64,000 bases of DNA, from positions 2,693-66,692 of the forward strand of contig JANMJX010000001.1 of NCBI GenBank assembly GCA_031371575.1, read 5' to 3'. How positions within the stretch are numbered: the stretch's first letter is position 1; each line of letters begins with the position of its first letter. The notes beneath the pieces were generated by a model, which was given only the letters and a program-made list of their open reading frames with translations, made no database searches and was not told the origin of the DNA. The stretch comes from Sphingomonadales bacterium. GTDB taxonomy: Bacteria > Pseudomonadota > Alphaproteobacteria > Sphingomonadales > Sphingomonadaceae. This document shows, piece by piece, positions 51,301 to 60,300 of this stretch. Position numbers and translations under genes: made by a program.

Positions 51301-54300
51301 CTATTAACGGCGCTGCCACCTCAGGAAATGATGCAATACGCGGGACCGCAGCGCCAGACACGCTGGCAGGTGCGGGTGGTAATGATACGCTGGACGGCCT
51401 GGCCGGATCTGACCGTTATGTCTTCAACATTGGCGATGGTAATGATGTCATCGCAGATACTGGATTAGCCGAGTCCAACAGCCTGTCTTTTGGTGCGGGC
51501 ATTACCTTTGGTTTGTTGAGCTTCCAACGGATCGGGAATGACCTAAAAATATCTACAAGCATCAATGATAGTGTCACTGTCACTGGCCAGTTTAGCGGTG
51601 CGGCGATCCGCACAGTTGGTCAATTGATATTGGCGGACGGGACGCGAAAAACGGCAGCAGAGATCGATCAGTTGGTGCTTGCACAGCAGGCGAGCTCGGG
51701 CGCTGATAACATCATCGGATTTGTCTCAAGTGATGTTTTGTCAGGCGCTGGTGGAAATGATATTTTGACCGGTGGTGCAGGCGATGATGTTCTAAGCGGC
51801 GGCAGCGGTGACGATACGCTCAACGGGCAGGCAGGCAGTGACGTCTATCTCTTTGCGCTGGGTGACGGTCAGGACATTATTGCAAGCACCGATGACTTGG
51901 TGGCTTTGGATATTGTCCGATTCGTAGCAAATATTGGTCAGCGCGATTTGGAATTCATTCGCTCGACGCCGGTATCTCCAGATTTACTTATTAAGGTACG
52001 CGGTACGACCCAGCAAATTACCGTTGTTAATTACTTCGATGGGCTCGCTGTCAAGCAGTTCGAGTTTGCAGACGGTTCTGTAATGTTGCCACCAGATGTC
52101 GTAAATGCTGTCGCGAATACAGCACCGACAGCAACCACGCAGACATGGCGCGTGTCCGTGGCAGAAAGTGCTGTTGCACGGTTTGTCGTGCCTGATGGAT
52201 TATTTTTCGACAGCGCTGACACTGCCAGCATCATCTATAAAGCGGCGCTGGCAGACGGTTCGCCGCTGCCGTCTTGGTTGCAATTTACCAATGGTGTTTT
52301 TGCAGCCAATGCCAATGACAGCGATGTCGGCACTTGGGCGATCAAGCTGACAGCGGTAGATAAATTTGGGGCTACAACTGATCGCATCATAAAGTTCGAT
52401 GTCATCAATTCAAATGAGGCGCCGACCGCGACCAGCGCGCTCATCACCCAAAATGCTCTAATTGGTGCAGCGTTTAATTTTGCATTGCAGCCCGGGCTTT
52501 TTAACGATCAGGATAGCGCATATAATGTTGCACCGGTTGCGTCAGTGGGCACTTACACCTCGGCAAATGGTGGCAGTTTTGTAGTCCAAGCAGGTGGCGG
52601 CTTTACCTACACGCCCGCAGCTAGCTATTCAGGCCCTGATTCAGTGTTCATTCCCTTTGGTATTGGAACCGGCCGTCTCCTTGAGCGACCATATACATTC
52701 CAAAGCCTTGGCGGTGTCCTAACAGGAACAGTCCCGACTAATTTGGTTCCTGCACGCGATGTAACAAGTATAACTGCGACATTGGCCGACGGAAGCCCGC
52801 TGCCCGCATGGCTCAGTTTCAACGGCTCGCAATTCAGCGGCACTCCGGCAGTCGGCAATGCCGGGCCATTGGCAATAAACATCGTAGCAACCGATAGCAG
52901 CGGACTTAAGACAATCCTGCCATTTGCAATTCGGGTGGGGACAGCAAATGCGCTACCTACAGCCGGAACATTGCCATCACTATCGGCGCTGGAAGATGAC
53001 GCATTTTCTTATACCGTTCCAACTACCCTGTTTAGCGATGCAGATATTCGGGACCGGCTGACTTTGAACGCAACTTTAGCCGACAACAGTCCTTTGCCAT
53101 CCTGGCTCAGCTTTGACGGCAGGACGTTTAGTGGCACACCGGTCAATGCCAATGTCGGCACAATTTCGGTTAAAGTGACGGCAACCGATATTTTCGGTGC
53201 GACGGTGTCGACTGTAACGGCACTTACTGTCAACAATTCCAATGACGCGCCGCTGGTCGGGGTAGCGATAAGTGATCAGTTGGCCACGCAAGGGCAGCCG
53301 TTCACATTTGCTGTTCCGGGCGCAAGTTTTGTCGACCCCGACATAGCGCAAGTCCTGACGATTTCGGCAACGCTTAATACAGGAGAACCGTTGCCGGCAT
53401 GGCTTAGCTTTACCAATGGCGTATTTTCGGGCACGCCGCTTGATGCGGATACTGGACTGTACCGCGTGAGGGTGATTGCAACCGATCCATCAGGTCTTTC
53501 AACGTGGCAGGACTTCACGCTGGGTGTGACTGATATCAATGAAGCGCCGACAGTTGCAGAGAGCCTGCCTACATTCTTGGCCCCTGTCTCGGAAGAATCG
53601 ATCTTCAAAATTCCGGCGTCGCTTTTCGCAGATAGCGATGACCCGGGCTACCGCATCAATGTGACATTAGGTGATGGCTCTCCGCTGCCGTCTTGGATTG
53701 TTTATGACGCTGATGAAGATGCAATCATATTTTTTCCTGGTACCGCACAGTATTACGGTAAAAGCGGCGCGCAAGTAGCGCATAGCATCAAAATCACTGC
53801 GACTGATACACGTGGGGCAACTGTATCGGCGGTGCTCAATGCAATTGTCGATGCGCCTAGGGTTGCAGGAACAATAACCGGCAACGGATCTGGCAGCATT
53901 GACGGCACGAACGCGTCAGACAGATTGGTGTCAAGCTCTGCTAACGAATATATTACCGGCCGTGACGGTATTGACCGGATAGTATTCGGGCGCGGCTCTG
54001 GGCAGGATAATCTGTTCCGGGGGTCTGCGGTGTCGCAATATGCATTTGGCGATATTATCGAACTCGGCGCCGATATTATGCCATCAGACCTTATCATATC
54101 GCGCGTGAACTTCTATGAGCAGACCGATCCGATTGGTTCAGATCTGCTCATAAAAATCGTTGGCACCAGCGACCGGATCAAGATCGTATCCCAATTTGAC
54201 TCTTCCTTAAGTTTAGAACCCGTCGTCCGCGAACTCAGATTTGCCGATGGAACCATAATATCAGCGGCCCAAATATTGGCTCCCTATTTAGTTTCAACAT

Positions 54301-57300
54301 CAGGCAACGATATAATTGGCGGCGGAAATCAGGCCGATATAATAAACGGCGGTTCGGGTGATGATATAATCTATGGCCGGACGGGCAATGACATAATCGA
54401 TGGCGGGGCTGGAACCGATATCCTCATCGGTGATGATATTAATGGTATAAGCATCGGAGCCGATACGTTCCTCTTTGGCCGTGGATCCGGCAGCGATACC
54501 ATCTTTGCCGATAACTTCACTAATCCGCTGTCTATCGACACCCTGAGATTTGGGGTTGGCGTGGCGCCCAGCGATTTGACCATAACACATCTTCCCGGCG
54601 CTCCTAATCGGCCCGACAAAATTGATGAGAGTTTCGCTGGCAGCCTCTTGATAAAAATTAATGGCACAACCGACAGTGTCAGGATTGACCGCCAATTTTT
54701 TGTAACCCCGGCACTTGTCCTAGCGACCAACAAAATCGAGGTCGATACGCCTGGCATTGACCGATTCGAATTTGCTGATGGGACAATACTGAGCCGTAGC
54801 CAATTTGAGGCCCTTATCACGCTTACCCCTGCAACCGTTGGAGATGATTTAATTTTTGGAGGTGCGGGCAATGACCGGTTACAAGGCTCGGCCGGCAATG
54901 ATCTTCTAGTTGGTGAACAAGGCAATGATACATATATTTATAACGTAGGGGACGGTAACGACGTCATTCGTGAGAATTATCAAACCTATAAGCCCAACGT
55001 TTTGTCGCCGATCGCTCCTCAGGCTGGTAACGTAATTAGTACCGACAATATTACTTTTGGCGCTGGCATTACGGCTGATGAAATTGTTTTCACCAAAACA
55101 GACGCGCAAGGCGAGAATTTAACGATCACCTTCAAAAACCACGTCGGTTCAATCGCGATTGAAGGGCAGTTCCGCAATATATTCCATGGCGGGGACGCAT
55201 TCAGCCAATATAATGTGACAAATTATTTCGGTGTCGAGAATGCAGCGATCGACGAATTGCGTTTCGCAGATGGCACTAGATGGTCCCTGGCTGACATTTA
55301 TGCATATTCGGTCCGCGCGACCAGTGGAAATGACATCATTGACGGCTTTTTCAGGGCTAACGAGACGCTGGACGGTGGTGCTGGCAACGATCTTTTGGCC
55401 GGGCGCAACGGTGATGATACTTATGTCTTCGCACGCGGTTACGGGCATGATGCGATCAAGGAATATGGCTTTTTCTACAACGACCAAGCTAGCGCCGCGA
55501 ACATCAAATATACTGCCAATGATAAAATCAAGTTCGTTGGTGTTGCATCAACTGAGGTGACGACCAGCATTGGTGCTGGCGGATCATTTGTTTTTACTAT
55601 CAACAATACCGGCGAAACGCTCACCATTAGGCCTGAGTCCGAGTTCGGGAACTTTACTTCAGTCCAGTTTTCCGACACGACTTGGAACGCGACAGCCTTT
55701 CAAGCGCGTTGGGTCGTGGCCTCCGCTACAGCCGGTAGTGATTTTATCTACGGATTTTTGAACAACGACGTTCTTTCAGGCGGCGACGGCAATGATACGC
55801 TGCAAGGTGGCCAGAACACAGGCACAGGCCATGACCTGCTTAATGGCGGCCTTGGCAATGATACGCTCATTCTCGAATTTAACGAGGGGGATACGGCTAA
55901 CGGCGATGACGGCGATGATATCTTCAAATTTAGCCTGACAGGAAATTTTGCCAGCGAACGCGGCAATCTAGCCTATCCAAATCTAATCCAGTTTGGCGAG
56001 GAAAGTGGAATATTTGACGGCGGTTTGGGCCAAGACCGATTGATCTTGGGTGGCAATTTTGCAGACTATTGGCGCGGCACCAACTACGTCCTCGATAATG
56101 GCAACGGAACATATAATATTGGAAACAATATCAATGTTCGAAATATCGAAACCGTACAATTTGCCGATGGGACAATGAGTTTCGCGACACTTTTGGCGGC
56201 GACTTTCCGCTACCGCTCAGGGTTGATCGAAGGTACTGCGGGCGTGGACACCATGAACGGCACGTCCGGGAATGATGCGCTCTACGGCTACGCTGGCAAT
56301 GACACTCTGAATGGGCTTGACGGTAACGACTTCCTCATCGGCGGTGCTGGTACAGATAGCTATAACGGCGGCAATGGGACCGACATTGTCGATTATTCCT
56401 ACGACACTGTCGGATGGACAATCAACTTATCGACTAACCAAGCCACGCAAGCAGCTATCACCGAAACCTTTGTTAGTATTGAAGGTGCATATGGTAGCAG
56501 CGCCGCAGATACGCTCACGGGCAGCGTGAATAGTGATATTCTATCAGGCGGGAGAGGTGACGATATCATCAATGCCGGTGACGGTAACGACTTCATCGAA
56601 TTTGAGGGCAATAATCCAGACTACGCAGGCGCAACAGACGGCTTTGACGCGATAAACGGTGGTCTGGGTACGGATACGATCAGGGCAACCTTTGCCAATG
56701 CGGTCATCGGGCTTTCGTCGGTTACTGGTGTTGAGGCGATTACCGCCAACGGCTTTAGCGGGGTATATATCCAAGGCTCTACAGCTGCAAATACGCTCGA
56801 CTTCTCGGCTGTCGCGCTGACAGGGATTGACCGGATTGACGGCGGCGCAGGTAATGACACGATTACGGGAAGCAACGCGAATGACGCAATCTTAGGCGGC
56901 GCAGGCGACGATCTTCTAAATGGGGGCAACGGCGATGACGTCTTCAATATGGCTGGTACGACCGATGGTTTCGATGCGGTGAATGGCGGCGCAGGCTATG
57001 ATAAAATTTCTGCAACAGATTTTAGCACCCGCATCGGCCTGACCTCAGTCACTGGCATTGAAGCCATCTCCGGAGAAGGATATAGCGCTTATATATCTGG
57101 CTCGTCAGCTGCGGATACTTTGGACTTCACAAGTGTTGTGCTCACATCAATCACCAGAATCGATGGCGGCAGCGGCAATGACGTAATCACCGGATCAGTG
57201 GCTGACGACGTCATTCGAGGTTCGGGTGGCGATGACAATTTATCGGGCGGCGTAGGCAATGACATTTTTGAATATACTGGAACGTCAAACGGGTTTGATA

Positions 57301-60300
57301 CCGTTAACGGTGGTGCTGGGCAAAATAGTATTTCAGCTCTCGCCAACTCCACCATTATCGGGTTGACATCGATTTCTGGCATTCAGGCCATTAGCGGCCA
57401 GACATACACAGGTGTGTATATTTTAGGCTCCGCAAATGCTGACACACTGAATTTTGGGACTGTTTCCCTTTCGGCGATTACAAAAATTGATGGTGGCGCT
57501 GGAAATGACATCGTTACCGGCTCTGTTGCCAATGACGTCATACTTGGTTCAGGCGGCGACGATACTCTTAGTGGCGGGGACGGGGCTGACACATTCCAAT
57601 ATACCGGCACTACCAACGGATTCGACACAGTCAATGGTGGTTCAGGCGCAGATACCATAGCAGCGCTCGCAGCCAATACGGTCATTGGATTGTCGTCTAT
57701 TACGGGTGTCGAAACCATTAGCGGCGGTGGATTTGGTAACGTCAGTATTTCGGGTTCTGGCCTTGCCGATAATCTCGATTTCAGCGCTGTGACTTTGACA
57801 GGGATCGTCTCTGTCGACGGCGGTGTTGGCAATGATATTATTACTGGTTCTGCCGGCAATGACGTAATTTTGGGCGGTGCTGATAACGATACATTGAGCG
57901 GTGGGATTGGAAATGATACGCTCAACGGCGGCGTTGGCACAAATATAATCGACGGCGGTGGCGGGACCGATGTTGCCCAATATAATGGTAACGCAGGCAC
58001 GTTCTCTGTCACGCTCAATGGGAACGGTAGTTATAATGTCGTAGGTGCGGGCATAAACGACACGCTGACCAATATTGAAAATCTCAATTTCACCGACGGT
58101 ACGTTTACCGTCGCATCGCGCGTTGGCCTCGGCCTTACACTGACTGGGACTGCTTCGGCCGAAACTCTTACTGGTGGAGGCAACAGCGACACGATCACTG
58201 GGCTTGGCGGCGATGATACACTAAACGGCAATGGAGGTGACGATCTGTTCAGAATAACAGGCACTGGCGACGGCTTTGATGTTGTAGATGGCGGCCTGGG
58301 CAACGATACCATCACCGCAACAGCAAATAATGCGGTGATCGGTCTTACATCGGTCGCTGGCGTAGAAGCGATCACCGCTGGCGGCTTCACGGGCGTATCG
58401 ATATTGGGATCTGCTAGCGCCAACACCCTCAATTTTGCGAACGTGGCGCTTACCGGCATCACCAAGATTGATGGAGGTGCAGGCAATGATATAATCACCG
58501 GTACTTCGGCAAATGATACGATCCTCGGGTCTGGAGGAGACGACACGATCGCAGCTGGCGACGGTAGCGATAATATTCAATTCACCGGCGCCGCCAATGG
58601 TTTTGACGCTGTCGACGGTGGCCTTGGTTCCGATACTATTGCAGCACTTGCCAACTCAACGGTCATCGGCCTGTCGTCGTTGACAGGCGTCGAGGCTGTA
58701 ACTGCCGGTGCGTTCACAGGCGTTACAATCTCCGGCTCGGCAAACAACGACACACTCAATTTTGGGGGCGTCACGCTGACTGCCATTACCAAGATTGACG
58801 GTGGTTTGGGTAACGACGTCATCACGGGATCAATTGCGGCCGATACAATTCTGGGCTCTGGCGGCGATGATACTCTTAATGGCGGTGATGGAAACGATAT
58901 CTTCCAATATACCGGAAATGCCAATGGCTTTGACAGCGTGATAGGCGGGCTTGGAACTGACACGATATCGGCTCTTGCCAATTCAACGGTCATTGGGTTG
59001 TCTGCAATCACAGGTGTCGAGACGATCAGCGCAGGTTCGTTCACCGGTGTTACGATTGCTGGCTCTGCTAACAATGACACGCTTGACTTTTCCAGCGTGA
59101 CACTGACGGCCATCACCTTGATCGATGGCGGCGCTGGAAATGATAACATAACCGGCAATGTGGCTGTCAATACAATCCAAGGCTCGGGTGGTGATGATAT
59201 CATCAACGCTGGCGACGGTAACGACATCATTCAATATACTGGCACTGCGAATGGTTTTGACGCCGTAGATGGTGGTGCGGGAACTGGCGATACAATTTCT
59301 GCATTGGCCAACGCAACGGTCATCGGTCTGTCTTCAGTCACTGGCGTTGAAACGATAACCGCTGGCGCATTTACCGGTGTTTATATTGCTGGTTCTGCCA
59401 ACGCCGACACGCTCAATTTTTCAGCAGTAACGCTGACTGCAATTACGAGGGTCGAGGGCGGGGCTGGAAACGACATCATTACTGGGAATAGCGCCGTAAA
59501 TACGCTTTGGGGCGGTCTTGGGGATGATACGATCGATGGCGGCAGTGGTAATGATATTGTGCTTGGCGACGACGGCGACGACACTTTAATTGGCGGCGCT
59601 GGTAATGATACAATAACCGGCGGTATCGGTAACGATACCGTAAGCTACGCGTATGCAACGGCCAATTTGACGGTCAACTTGACGCTCACAACTGCGCAAA
59701 CGGTTGCTACTGGCGATGCAGATACCATTACCACGATTGAAAATGTCATTGGTGGTTCTGGTACAGATACGATCACCGGTACCACCGCTGCGAATACCTT
59801 AAACGGTGGCGCAGGCAATGACCGTCTCACTGGTGGTTTGGGAAATGATACGATTATAGGTGGCATCGGAACCACGGACACCGCGGCATTTGCAGGGTTG
59901 CAGGCAAGTTATTCGGTTCAAACGAATATGGGCGTCGTCACCGTTGTCGATAATCAGGCTACGACAGATGGCAACGACGGTACGGATACCATTAATGGCA
60001 TCGAACGTCTGGAATTCAAAGGCGGCACCACCGTGAGTGTTACGTCGCCAATCATTCTAGATCTCGATGGTAACGGCGTAAAGACCTTCGCGGCAGCCGA
60101 CACCAATGCGCGCTATGATCTCGACGGTGACGGTTTGGCCGACGATACGAGCTGGATTGGCAGCACCGAAGGCTTCCTATTCCTTGACCGTGATGGCAAT
60201 GGCACAGTGAGCAATGCTGGGGAGTTCAGCTTTACCGGTGACGTCGTTGATGCAAAATCTGACCTTGAAGGCTTGCGCGCCTTTGACAGTAATGACGATG

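Noticed and set aside
56640-59580. CRISPR array or non-coding repeat
   Set aside because: Repeats are in-frame, ~327 bp and synonymously diverged; no repeat-spacer array or cas genes were seen anywhere in the window.
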